Positions 31,753 through 41,145 of a stretch of DNA of 64,000 nt are shown in pieces. A model generated the notes under the pieces. It did no database searches. It worked only from the letters and a program-made list of their open reading frames with translations, and was not told where the DNA came from. Within the stretch, counting starts at the first letter, position 1. Every line of letters begins with the position of its first letter. The stretch comes from Chloroflexota bacterium (lineage in GTDB: Bacteria; Chloroflexota; UBA11872): the NCBI GenBank assembly GCA_965247475.1, contig OZ252016.1, positions 654,143-718,142 of the forward strand, in the 5' to 3' direction. Both the position numbers and the translations under genes were made by a program.

Positions 31753-32889
31753 ATGAGCGCCGTTCGGCACCGCGTGGTCGTGAAGTGCGGCACGCGTCTC
31801 CTCACTGGCCCCGACGGCATCGATGAAGCCTTCGTCCGCCGGATCGCTGGCCAGATCGCCGGTCTGATGCGATCCGGCGTCGAAGTCGCCTATGTGACGT
31901 CCGGCGCCGTCGGCGCCGGACGCGCGCGTCTGCGCCTTGCGGGCGACAGCCTCGCGACGCGCCAGGTGCTGGCGGCGGTCGGCCAGGCGCCCCTGATGGC
32001 GATCTACGCGGAGGCGTTCGCCGACCAGGGCGTTGTCATCGCGCAAGCGCTCTTGTCGCGCGCCGACTTGGGTAGCCGCCGCGGCTATCTCAACACCCGC
32101 AACGCGCTCATCGGCGCGCTGAACGCGGGCGTCCTGCCGATCGCGAATGAGAATGATGTGGTTGCCACCGAGGAGCTGACGTTCGGCGACAACGATGTCC
32201 TATCGATGCTCGTCGCGGCGCTGATTGGCGCCGATCAGCTCATCCTCCTCACCACCACGGACGGCCTGTACACCAGTGATCCCCAGATGGATCCTGACGC
32301 CGAGCTGATTCGAGAGGCCGGCGACGTGCCGCCCGAGACGCTCGCCGGCATGGCCGGCGAGCCCGGCGCGGAAGGCCTCGGCGGGATGCGGTCCAAGCTC
32401 GAGGCCGCGCGCGACGCGGCCGCCATCGGCATCGACGTCGTGATTGCCAATGGCACGCTTGATGACGTGGTGCCCCGAATCGTTCGAGGCGAGAAGCTCG
32501 GAACCCACTTCGCGCCCAGCGGACCGATCCGAAGCAGCCGCGATCGCTGGCTCGGCTCCGCGCTCGCACAGCGCGGCACCGTGCAGGTTGACGCCGGGGC
32601 GCGCGCGGCCGTCGTGGACGGCGGCCGCAGCCTGCTCCCCGTCGGCGTCCGCGATGTGCGCGGGGTGTTCGAGCGCGGCGATCTCGTCGGCCTCGTCGGA
32701 CCTGACGGGCTGGTATTCGCGCGCGGCCTCGTAAACTACGATCAGCGGGACCTCGGCCGCATCAGCGGGCAACCCTCGCGGGCGATCCGAGGAATACTTG
32801 GCTACGACAACGGCGCGGAAGCCGTGCACCGAAACAACCTCGTCGTGGTCGAGCCCGCGTTGCGCCAACGCTCACAGAAGGCCAAATGA
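31753..32889 (+). CDS. proB: glutamate 5-kinase
   Basis: VVVKCGTRLLT...; amino-acid kinase fold plus a C-terminal PUA domain. Confidence 0.93.
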   Translation: MSAVRHRVVVKCGTRLLTGPDGIDEAFVRRIAGQIAGLMRSGVEVAYVTSGAVGAGRARLRLAGDSLATRQVLAAVGQAPLMAIYAEAFADQGVVIAQALLSRADLGSRRGYLNTRNALIGALNAGVLPIANENDVVATEELTFGDNDVLSMLVAALIGADQLILLTTTDGLYTSDPQMDPDAELIREAGDVPPETLAGMAGEPGAEGLGGMRSKLEAARDAAAIGIDVVIANGTLDDVVPRIVRGEKLGTHFAPSGPIRSSRDRWLGSALAQRGTVQVDAGARAAVVDGGRSLLPVGVRDVRGVFERGDLVGLVGPDGLVFARGLVNYDQRDLGRISGQPSRAIRGILGYDNGAEAVHRNNLVVVEPALRQRSQKAK

Positions 32890-34175
32890 CGACAACCACC
32901 GACACCTCAACCACCGCCGCGACCGACATCGGAGCGCTGGCCGACGCCGCGCGTGAGGCGGCGCGCGGCCTGCCCGCGCTACAGACGGACTCCAAGAACC
33001 GAGCCCTCGAAGCCATGGCCACCGCGCTGCGCGACCACCAGGCCGATGTCCTCGCCGCCAACGAGTCCGACGTTGAACGCGCCCACGCCGACGCCGTCGC
33101 TGCCTCTACGATCGATCGACTGACGCTGACGCCGGACCGCATCCATGCGATCGCCGACGCGATCGGCGATGTCATCCGCCTGCCTGATCCGATCGGTGCG
33201 ATGGAGGATGTGCGCCGGCTGCCGAACGGGATGCAGGTCGGACGAAGACGCGTTCCGCTCGGCGTGGTCGCCGCCATCTTTGAGGCCCGCCCGAACGTTG
33301 CCGTGGATATCTCGGCGCTCTGCCTCAAGGCCGGAAACGCCGTCATCCTCCGCGGCGGCAGCGAGGCCCACGAAAGCACGCTGGCCATCACCGCCGTGAT
33401 CCGCGCGGCCGCCGAGTCGGCCGGAGCGCCGCCGGCGTCGATTCAGGTTGTCACCGACCCGGACAGGTCGCTGGTTCGGCAGCTCCTCCGCATGAACCGC
33501 ACGATCGACGTTGTCATTCCCCGCGGGGGGCCCGGTCTCATCAACTTCGTCACTGAGAACGCCACGGTGCCCGTCATCGAGACAGGTTGGGGCGTGTGTC
33601 ACACCTACGTCGATGCGGACGCCGACCTCGAGATGGCCCGCGCGATCGTCGTCAACGCCAAGACGCGCCGCCCATCGATTTGCAATGCGCTCGACACCTT
33701 GCTCGTGCATCGGAGCGTCGCCCCGCGATTCCTCCCGGCGGTAGGCGCCGAGCTGGCCGCCCGCGAGGTCGAGATCCACGCCGACGATCGTTCGCTCGAG
33801 CTCCTGGCCGATGTTCCGACCGTCATGCCGCTCCAGCAGGGGGATTTCGATACGGAATGGCTGGCGCTCCGGATGTCGGTGGCCGTGGTCGACGACCTCG
33901 ATGCCGGGCTTGCCCACATCCACGCCCACGGGTCCGGCCACTCGGAGGCGATCGTCACCGAGTCGCACCGCAACGCCACCCGATTCCTCAACGACGTCGA
34001 CGCCGCGGTGGTCTACCTGAACGCATCCACGCAGTTCACGGACGGCGGCGAGTTTGGCCTGGGCGCCGAGGTCGGCATCAGCACGCAGAAGCTCCACGCC
34101 CGCGGGCCGATGGGGCTGCGCGAGATGACGACCTACAAGTGGATCGTGCTCGGGGACGGGCACATCCGGCCCTGA
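32886..34175 (+). CDS. proA: gamma-glutamyl phosphate reductase
   Basis: ALDH-superfamily ProA sequence; ATGA overlap with proB. Confidence 0.95.
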   Translation: MTTTTDTSTTAATDIGALADAAREAARGLPALQTDSKNRALEAMATALRDHQADVLAANESDVERAHADAVAASTIDRLTLTPDRIHAIADAIGDVIRLPDPIGAMEDVRRLPNGMQVGRRRVPLGVVAAIFEARPNVAVDISALCLKAGNAVILRGGSEAHESTLAITAVIRAAAESAGAPPASIQVVTDPDRSLVRQLLRMNRTIDVVIPRGGPGLINFVTENATVPVIETGWGVCHTYVDADADLEMARAIVVNAKTRRPSICNALDTLLVHRSVAPRFLPAVGAELAAREVEIHADDRSLELLADVPTVMPLQQGDFDTEWLALRMSVAVVDDLDAGLAHIHAHGSGHSEAIVTESHRNATRFLNDVDAAVVYLNASTQFTDGGEFGLGAEVGISTQKLHARGPMGLREMTTYKWIVLGDGHIRP

Positions 34176-34179
34176 TCGC

Positions 34180-34881
34180 ATGCCGACCGCCAAGAAGCGA
34201 TCGTCGGTCAGCGGGCAGTCGGTTCTCGACCTCGACGCATTGCGCGCGGACGAGTACCTGTCACGCGTCATATCTCGCGCCAACGACCATCTCAGAGCGG
34301 TCGGCTACACCGAGCACGGACACCGGCACGCGGGACTCGTAGCCAACATCGCTCGCAACATCCTTCGCCGGCTCGAGTACCCGGACCGCGAGGCCGAGCT
34401 GGCCGCCATGGCCGCGTATCTGCACGACATCGGCAACGTGGTCGCTCGCGACCGTCACTGGACGACCGGCGCAACCATGGCGCTCCACCATTTGCTCGCC
34501 CGCGGCCTGAACGCCGACGAGGCGCTCACGATCGCGAACGCGATCGGAAATCACGAGGAGACGTCGGGCGACAGCTCCACGCCCGTTGCCGCGGCCGTCA
34601 TCATCGGCGATAAATCGGATGTGCACCGGAGCCGGGTCCAGAATCCGGATCCCGCCTCCTTCGACATCCACGATCGCGTCAACAACGCCGTGACCAAGTC
34701 CTTTGTCAGGGTCGAACCGGAGGCGAAGTCGATCAGCCTCGAGCTCACCATCGACACCGAGTTCTCGAGCGTCATGGAGTACTTCGAGATATTCCTGTCC
34801 CGCATGGTGATGTGCCGAAACGCTGCGGGCACGCTCGGGTGCGCGTTCGAGCTGATCGCGAACGAGCATCACTTGGCTTGA
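34180..34881 (+). CDS. HD-domain phosphohydrolase (YqeK-like position after proA)
   Basis: H..H...LHDIG HD motif; begins 4 bp after the proA stop. Confidence 0.6.
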   Translation: MPTAKKRSSVSGQSVLDLDALRADEYLSRVISRANDHLRAVGYTEHGHRHAGLVANIARNILRRLEYPDREAELAAMAAYLHDIGNVVARDRHWTTGATMALHHLLARGLNADEALTIANAIGNHEETSGDSSTPVAAAVIIGDKSDVHRSRVQNPDPASFDIHDRVNNAVTKSFVRVEPEAKSISLELTIDTEFSSVMEYFEIFLSRMVMCRNAAGTLGCAFELIANEHHLA

Positions 34882-34937
34882 GGTCTCGCGCCGCCGCGAT
34901 CCTTCGCCGCATCCGCCCCCCATCACCCGGGCCCGCC

Positions 34938-35819
34938 GTGCGCCCGCGCATCGCCGCGGCGCTGATCGTCATCGCGGTCGCGATCGTACTCGGCCGGATC
35001 TTCGCGACCCCGCCTGGCCAATCGGTTCCGGCGCCGTTGCCGGCGGAGACCCTCGAGTTCCGAGCGCTCGACGTCGGCCAGGGCGATTCCCTGCTCATTC
35101 GCCTGGGAGAGCGCGCCATGCTCGTCGATGCCGGACCGGATCGGGAAACAGCGCGCGACGTGATCGCGGCGCGGCTTGGCGCGATGGGCGTGGAACGCCT
35201 GGACGCGCTGGTCCTGACGCACGCGGATGGGGACCACATCGGCGGGGCGGCGCACTTGCTGGAGTCGCTGCCGATCGGCCAGCTCGTTATCGCCGATGTG
35301 TTTGGCGACCACCCGCTCTATCCGGAGATCGTCCTCGCGGCCGAGCGCGGCGAGGTGCCGATTCGGACCGTCCGCGCGGGAGATCGACTTCCATGGCACA
35401 CGAACGCGACCCTTCTGGTCCTGAACCCCGGCTCCGATGCCGAGGGGGCGTCCGATAACGACCGCTCGATCGCGATGCGCCTGGTCTACGGCGCCAGCGC
35501 GTTCCTGCTGACCGGCGATCTCGAAGCGCCGGCCGAGCGACGCCTCATCGATGGGCGGCTCAACCTGGCCGCCGACGTGCTCAAGGTTGGCCATCACGGC
35601 GCCGCCACATCGTCGTCGGGCGATTTCCTCGACGCGGTCGGGCCGACCATCGCGGTTATCCCGTCCGGCCGCGACAACTCCTTCGGTCACCCGCGCGAGG
35701 CTGCGATCGACCGCTTGCTCAAGCGCGGCATCGCGGTCTTTCGAACCGACCTGGCTGGCGACGTGGCGGTACGGACCGACGGCGCAACGCTGACCGTGAG
35801 CGTCGAGCGCGGCGGCTGA
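34938..35819 (+). CDS. membrane-anchored MBL-fold hydrolase (ComEC C-terminal domain-like)
   Basis: N-terminal TM plus LVLTHADGDHIGG metallo-beta-lactamase motif. GTG at 34938. Confidence 0.7.
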   Translation: MRPRIAAALIVIAVAIVLGRIFATPPGQSVPAPLPAETLEFRALDVGQGDSLLIRLGERAMLVDAGPDRETARDVIAARLGAMGVERLDALVLTHADGDHIGGAAHLLESLPIGQLVIADVFGDHPLYPEIVLAAERGEVPIRTVRAGDRLPWHTNATLLVLNPGSDAEGASDNDRSIAMRLVYGASAFLLTGDLEAPAERRLIDGRLNLAADVLKVGHHGAATSSSGDFLDAVGPTIAVIPSGRDNSFGHPREAAIDRLLKRGIAVFRTDLAGDVAVRTDGATLTVSVERGG

Positions 35820-35846
35820 AGCAGTGGCCAAGCGCCGCGTGCGGCC

Positions 35847-36767
35847 TCAGGCCGCGGCAAGTACGACCGACGTGACTCCTGGCAGGCTGCGTGCGATCTC
35901 GCGCCACGTGGCGCCCTCATCGTCGGAGGCGTACACCGTGCCCCGATCGGTTCCGAACACCACGAGGTCGTCGCGCGCATCCAGCGTGTAAGTGTCGATG
36001 TTCGTCTCGAACCAGTCGGGCAACCCACGTACGCACTTCTCGAACGGCCCGTCCCCGGCAAGCGGACGCCGATACAGCGCCGCGTGCCCGCCCCGCGGTC
36101 CATCCGAGGCGGAAATAAGCACCGTCTCTCCGGCCACGGCGACCGCGCGCGCGTACCGGGCGTGAAGCCCCTCGGCGTGCACGCGCCACGAGTCACCGCC
36201 GTCGTCGCTCACCGCCATCCCGCCAGAGATTGCCGCCGCCAACAGGCCGCCGGTGACAGGATGCGCGATGACCTGATGCGCGTCGGCGCGGATATTGAGT
36301 CCCGTCGCATGCCAGGTGTCGCCGCCTGACGCCGACTTGACGATCCCGCCCACGTGGACGTTCACGTAGATGCCGCCATCCACGTCCAGCGCCATCGATC
36401 GCGTCGTCGGCGGGCCACCCCACGGTGTGAACCAATCCTGTCGGCCCTCGACGCCGTCGAACTCCGGCAAGGGCTCATCCGCGCCCTCGCTGAACCTGGT
36501 GACGTGCGCGCCCTCGGTTCCAATCAGAACCTGCTCCGACGACGGGAGCAGGCATGTGCGTCTGGGCTCGGCCAGCGCGGCGACCTGCGCCCACTCGGCG
36601 CCGTCCCGCGACCGGATCAGACTGGAACCGTCCACGATCGCCCACACCGCAGGCCCGTTACGCGCCATTGCCGTGATGCGGCGGCCTGCCATGGACAAGT
36701 CGTCGCCCGACTGATCCGTCCAGATGCCGCCCGCGGTCCCGACCAAGATTGAAGGCGCCTCACGCAT
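35847..36767 (-). CDS. BNR/Asp-box repeat protein (Ycf48/sialidase-like beta-propeller)
   Basis: Repeated S-x-D-x-G-x-x-W motifs (SDDGGDSW, SDDEGATW, SGGDTW). Confidence 0.65.
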   Translation of the reverse strand: MREAPSILVGTAGGIWTDQSGDDLSMAGRRITAMARNGPAVWAIVDGSSLIRSRDGAEWAQVAALAEPRRTCLLPSSEQVLIGTEGAHVTRFSEGADEPLPEFDGVEGRQDWFTPWGGPPTTRSMALDVDGGIYVNVHVGGIVKSASGGDTWHATGLNIRADAHQVIAHPVTGGLLAAAISGGMAVSDDGGDSWRVHAEGLHARYARAVAVAGETVLISASDGPRGGHAALYRRPLAGDGPFEKCVRGLPDWFETNIDTYTLDARDDLVVFGTDRGTVYASDDEGATWREIARSLPGVTSVVLAAA

Positions 36768-36883
36768 GTTCTGCCCCGTGATGATGTAGTCGCCGAGCCT
36801 AGCAATCCCGGCGACCCGGCCAGCGATCGAACCCGTACGGCCTGTCTACAATCGGGCCGGACGCGCCGCTCGAACGGGGAATC

Positions 36884-37807
36884 ATGCAGACAATCCCGAC
36901 CCGCCGCCTCGGCAAGACCGACCTGCATCTGACCGAGCTCAGCCTGGGCGGGGCTCACGTCGGCGTTTGGCGCGGCGGCAGCGACGATTTGGGCGTTGCC
37001 GCGGTCGAGCGCGCGTACGACCTTGGGATCCGGCACGTTGACACGGCCCCGCTGTATGGGCCGAGCGAGCGCCGGATCGGAATGGCGCTCCGCAAGCGCG
37101 AGTTTCCTGGCCTCACCATATCCACCAAGGCGGGGACGCACCCCGAGCGGCCGCACTCGTATACCGCCGAAGATCTCCGCTGGTCCGTGGACAACAGCTT
37201 GCGGCTCCTGGGGCTCGAATCGGTCGACCTTCTCTTCGTGCACGACGTTCCCGACATCGCGATCGCGCTGAAACCCGGTGACGGGTTTGACGCCGTTGAT
37301 CGCCTGCGTGACGAGGGCAAGACTCGGTACGTAGGCCTCGGCGTGCGCGATCACGCCACGATCCACGCCGCGATCGACGCGGGCCGGGTGGACGCCATCA
37401 TCACCTGGGCCGACTACAACCTGGTCCGACGCACCGCCGTGCCGCTGATCGAGCGAGCCCGCAACGACGGCGTTGGCGTGATTCTGGGCTCGCCGGCAAT
37501 GGGCGGCATGCTGGCCGGCGGTGATCCAGCCGTGGAAGTCCGCAGCCATGGCGTGCAATCCGAATTCACGTCCGACGACGTGCGGATCGGGCACGAGTGG
37601 TGGCTCTGGTGCCGCGAGCACGATGTCGATCTCGCGCACCTGAATCTCCGGTTCGTCATGGCCTACGACAAGATCGACGCGGTGCTCACGGGCGCCGCGA
37701 CGCCCGAGGAGATGGACCAGAACGTCCGCGCGGCGTATGCGCCGATTCCCCACGATGTCTGGCAAGCGGCGCTGACTCGAATCGCGGAGCTCGACGACCG
37801 CTCGTAA
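36884..37807 (+). CDS. aldo/keto reductase
   Basis: AKR-family sequence, 307 aa. Confidence 0.85.
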   Translation: MQTIPTRRLGKTDLHLTELSLGGAHVGVWRGGSDDLGVAAVERAYDLGIRHVDTAPLYGPSERRIGMALRKREFPGLTISTKAGTHPERPHSYTAEDLRWSVDNSLRLLGLESVDLLFVHDVPDIAIALKPGDGFDAVDRLRDEGKTRYVGLGVRDHATIHAAIDAGRVDAIITWADYNLVRRTAVPLIERARNDGVGVILGSPAMGGMLAGGDPAVEVRSHGVQSEFTSDDVRIGHEWWLWCREHDVDLAHLNLRFVMAYDKIDAVLTGAATPEEMDQNVRAAYAPIPHDVWQAALTRIAELDDRS

Positions 37808-37867
37808 CCGGATCCGCGCGCAATCGCGCATTCGATACGCTGGCTATCCTGACGGGACTGGAAGCCT

Positions 37868-38293
37868 ATGTCACAGGAGTCGCACATGCCGGCCCGCTTG
37901 ATTCGGGAAGCCGAGGCTGCGGTGGTGGATCGCGGCGGAGGCGTCCGCAGCATTCCGCTCATGAACGGCGCGAACGGCGCGGTCGCGGTCACCACCGGAA
38001 TGACGCTCGTCGAGCCGGGCGCCGGGCTGCCCCTCCACTTCCACGACACCGAGGAGTGCATCACCTGCGTGGAGGGCGAGGCGCGAAGCGTCGTCGATGG
38101 AGAGGAGTTCGTGCTCCGTCCCTTCGACCACATTTGGATCCCCGAGGGCGCGCACCACCGGTTCTGGAACGACGGAGAATCGCCAATGCGCATCCTCTGG
38201 ACCTACGGAAAGCCCGACGTGATGCGAACGTTTGTGGAGTCCGGCGAAACCGTGCGGCACATGTCGGCGGGTGACCGCGCGGTTCTTCCCTAG
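37868..38293 (+). CDS. cupin domain protein
   Basis: Cupin motifs G(x)5HxH...E and G(x)5PxG...H (LPLHFHDTEE, IWIPEGAHHRF). Confidence 0.7.
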   Translation: MSQESHMPARLIREAEAAVVDRGGGVRSIPLMNGANGAVAVTTGMTLVEPGAGLPLHFHDTEECITCVEGEARSVVDGEEFVLRPFDHIWIPEGAHHRFWNDGESPMRILWTYGKPDVMRTFVESGETVRHMSAGDRAVLP

Positions 38294-38465
38294 CCCTAGT
38301 CCCCGCCGTCCTCGTTTGCAAATCGCCGCGGCCGGGTGGCCCGCCCTTTCACGGTAGGACGATGCCGCGATTCGACAGAGCCTGTCAGGAGTCTATCGAA
38401 GGAATCTCATCGCCCGCCCGTATCCACGCACCGGCCGTCCACCGCGAATGACGGTTAGGGGGCGT

Positions 38466-38999
38466 CTACGCGATGGAGCGGTCGATCAGCAGCACGGTGC
38501 CCGGAAAGACCCAGCCGATCCAGGCGCTGAGCACGAAGGCCAAGCCGGCCGAGCGCCTGAAGCGTGGTCGATCCAGTCCCGCGTGAACGAAGCGAATGAG
38601 GGCGGCCGGAACCAACAGGGCCGAGGCAAGTCCCATGGTCGCCGCCGCGAGCGGGTAGGGCTGCTCGCCCGGGGCGGTGACGGTGGCGACGATGAGCACC
38701 ACGGCGAAGACGGCGGCGGCGACGCCGATGAACCCGGCAAGCAGACCGACGCTTCGGCGCCCGAGATTCCAAAGCGCGTCGGCGCCCTCGGCCACCAGGT
38801 AGATCCCGATGAGGGCCGCGAGGGCCGAGGTCGCTTCGAACCCCGCCATCTGCCCGGTCCGCACGATCGCCAGCGCCAGCGCCACGACTCCGGCGGCGAG
38901 GTTGACGAACCCGGCGGCTCGCGCCTCCGAGTACTCGAGCAAGTACCAACCGAGGCTGAAGACGGCCGGCGCGACGACCCAGGGGAGAATCGCTTCCAT
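38466..38999 (-). CDS. small integral membrane protein (DUF308/HdeD-like)
   Basis: Hydrophobic, about 6 TM segments; chosen over Arg-rich overlapping frames. Confidence 0.45.
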   Translation of the reverse strand: MEAILPWVVAPAVFSLGWYLLEYSEARAAGFVNLAAGVVALALAIVRTGQMAGFEATSALAALIGIYLVAEGADALWNLGRRSVGLLAGFIGVAAAVFAVVLIVATVTAPGEQPYPLAAATMGLASALLVPAALIRFVHAGLDRPRFRRSAGLAFVLSAWIGWVFPGTVLLIDRSIA

Positions 39000-39233
39000 C
39001 AGATTGACGCCGGGGTGATGGCGGCCTCACTGTACCGGGCGGTCTGACCCTGGCTCTGGCCGCGGATCGATGCACGCATCAAAGCGGACAAGAAGGGGCG
39101 GCTGTGGTTCTCTCACGCGCGCCGCATCTCGGCATGACGCGCGGCGCTCCGCCCTCGATGTCTTGCGTGCGTCAGGTCCCGGTGATGTGGGGGAACGGGG
39201 TCCGGTCTTGAACGTGGGTGTGATACTCGCGCG

Positions 39234-40133
39234 GTGAGCCGACGAGGTACGCATGTGGCCCGAGCCGATACCGTCGCCGAGAGCCTGCGCGTTGGCGATC
39301 TGACCCTGGTGTGGGGCCGCCGAACGTACCTGATGGGCGTGCTCAACGCGACGCCGGACTCGTTTAGCGGAGACGGCGTCGGTGGGAGTCGCGATGCGCT
39401 GCGTCGGGCGATCGACCGGCTGGTCGAAGCGGGGCCCGACATCATCGACGTCGGCGGCGAGTCGACCCGTCCCGGCGCTCCCCGCGTATCAGTTGCGGAT
39501 GAGATTGAACGCGTGCTTCCAGCCGTGCGCGCGCTCCGCCGGGCCTCGTCGGTTCCCATATCGATCGATACGCGGCGCGCGCCGGTTGCCCGCGCCGCGC
39601 TCGAGGCCGGGGCGGACGCCATCAACGATGTCACGGGCCTGTCGTCGGATCCGGAGCTCGCGGCCGTGGCGGCCTCGTGGGGCGTGCCGGTCGTGCTCAC
39701 GCACAACCGGCGGGCGCGCGCCGCGCACACCGAGCTGGGCGGGTACTACCCGGAGGTCGGATATGGCGATCTCATGGCGGAAGTCGTCGCCGACTCGCGC
39801 CGATTGATCGACTCGGCGGTTGACGCCGGCATACGCCGCGAGCGGCTGGTCTTCGATCCGGGGTTTGGATTCGGAAAGACCCCCGAGCAAAACGTCGAGC
39901 TGCTCGCGCGGCTCGAGGAACTGCGGACGCTCGGCCTTCCGATCCTCGTGGGCGCGTCCCGCAAGTCGTTCGTCGGTCGCATCCTGGGGCTGCCGCCGTC
40001 TGAGCGGCTGGAAGGATCGCTTGCGGCTGCCGTGATCGCGGTCGCGCACGGGGCGCACATGGTGCGCGCGCACGACGTTACGGCCACGCGCCGCGCGCTC
40101 GCGGTGGCCGACGCCGTCTTTCGTCGGGTCTGA
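39234..40133 (+). CDS. folP: dihydropteroate synthase
   Basis: Pterin-binding TIM-barrel motifs: GVLNATPDSFSGDG, IIDVGGESTRPG, DPGFGFGK. Confidence 0.9.
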   Translation: MSRRGTHVARADTVAESLRVGDLTLVWGRRTYLMGVLNATPDSFSGDGVGGSRDALRRAIDRLVEAGPDIIDVGGESTRPGAPRVSVADEIERVLPAVRALRRASSVPISIDTRRAPVARAALEAGADAINDVTGLSSDPELAAVAASWGVPVVLTHNRRARAAHTELGGYYPEVGYGDLMAEVVADSRRLIDSAVDAGIRRERLVFDPGFGFGKTPEQNVELLARLEELRTLGLPILVGASRKSFVGRILGLPPSERLEGSLAAAVIAVAHGAHMVRAHDVTATRRALAVADAVFRRV

Positions 40134-40157
40134 ACCCGGCCCGGCGCGCTTTGCCGC

Positions 40158-41144
40158 GTGTCCGAGGACCCGTATCCTGAGTCATATCTCCGGAGCACGG
40201 TTGGCGCTTTGGCGCGTGCTCCTCGAAATCTGGAGACACCCCTGAATACCATTCTGCGCGGGCGCGGTGCGCTCGAGGTGAGCATCAGCCCGGACGGTCC
40301 GTTCACGCCGATCGGCGAGCGGCTCAATCCCACCAACAAGCCGCGGCTGCAGCGCGCGTACGACAACGGCGACTGGGCGTACGTTCAGCGCGAGGCCACG
40401 CGGCAGGTGAACGCCGGCGCGCGTGTGATCGACGTGAACACAGGCGATCCAAACCAGATGGCCGAGGCGTCGAAGATGCGCGACGCGATTCGCGCCGTAC
40501 AGGAGGTCATCGAGGAGCCGGTCTCGATTGACAGCTACACCGTCGATGTATTGATCGCCGGGCTCGAGGTCGCGGAGGGCCGCCCGATCGTGAACTCCGT
40601 GCCGTTCGAGAAGGAATACATGGATGAGCTCCTCCCGGCGGTCGCGGAGCACGGGGCCGCCATGATCGGAATGTGCACCAAGGGCGGCGCCGCCATGCCG
40701 CAGACCGCCGCCGAGCGAGTGGAGAACGCGCGCGCGTTGATCGAGGAGGCTGGATCACAGGGCATTCCGCCCGACGACATCGTGATCGACCCGGTGTGCC
40801 TGCCCATAGGTGCGAGCGATGCGTACGGGCCGGGACTGCTCGGGGCTATCGAGATCCTGAGCCGCGAGGACGGAATAAACATGAGCGTCGGCCTCAGCAA
40901 CGTGTCGTTTGGCCTGCCCAACCGACGCTCGCTCAACTCGGCGACGCTGCTTCTGGCCATCGAGGCCGGCCTGACGGCGGCCATCCTGGACATGACGCAC
41001 AAGGTGATGCGCCACGCGGTGCTCGCCGCGAATCTGCTCCACGGCCGTGATGAGTTCTCGGCGCAATGGATCGCCAACTTTCGCGCCGAGGAAGCTCGCG
41101 AGAAGGAGCGGGCGGCCAGACGGGCCGCGAGGGAGAGCGCGTAG
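40158..41144 (+). CDS. pterin-binding domain protein (methyltetrahydrofolate methyltransferase, MtrH/AcsE/MetH pterin module-like)
   Basis: DHPS-like Pterin_bind fold (VIDVNTGDP, IVNSVPFE, IDPVCLPIG) without the DHPS catalytic signature. Confidence 0.7.
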   Translation: MSEDPYPESYLRSTVGALARAPRNLETPLNTILRGRGALEVSISPDGPFTPIGERLNPTNKPRLQRAYDNGDWAYVQREATRQVNAGARVIDVNTGDPNQMAEASKMRDAIRAVQEVIEEPVSIDSYTVDVLIAGLEVAEGRPIVNSVPFEKEYMDELLPAVAEHGAAMIGMCTKGGAAMPQTAAERVENARALIEEAGSQGIPPDDIVIDPVCLPIGASDAYGPGLLGAIEILSREDGINMSVGLSNVSFGLPNRRSLNSATLLLAIEAGLTAAILDMTHKVMRHAVLAANLLHGRDEFSAQWIANFRAEEAREKERAARRAARESA

Positions 41145-41145
41145 C

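Noticed and set aside
38448-39075. Two 199-206-aa ORFs overlapping the HdeD-like gene
   Set aside because: Arg/Gly-rich frames overlapping a clearly hydrophobic membrane-protein frame; the membrane frame was retained.
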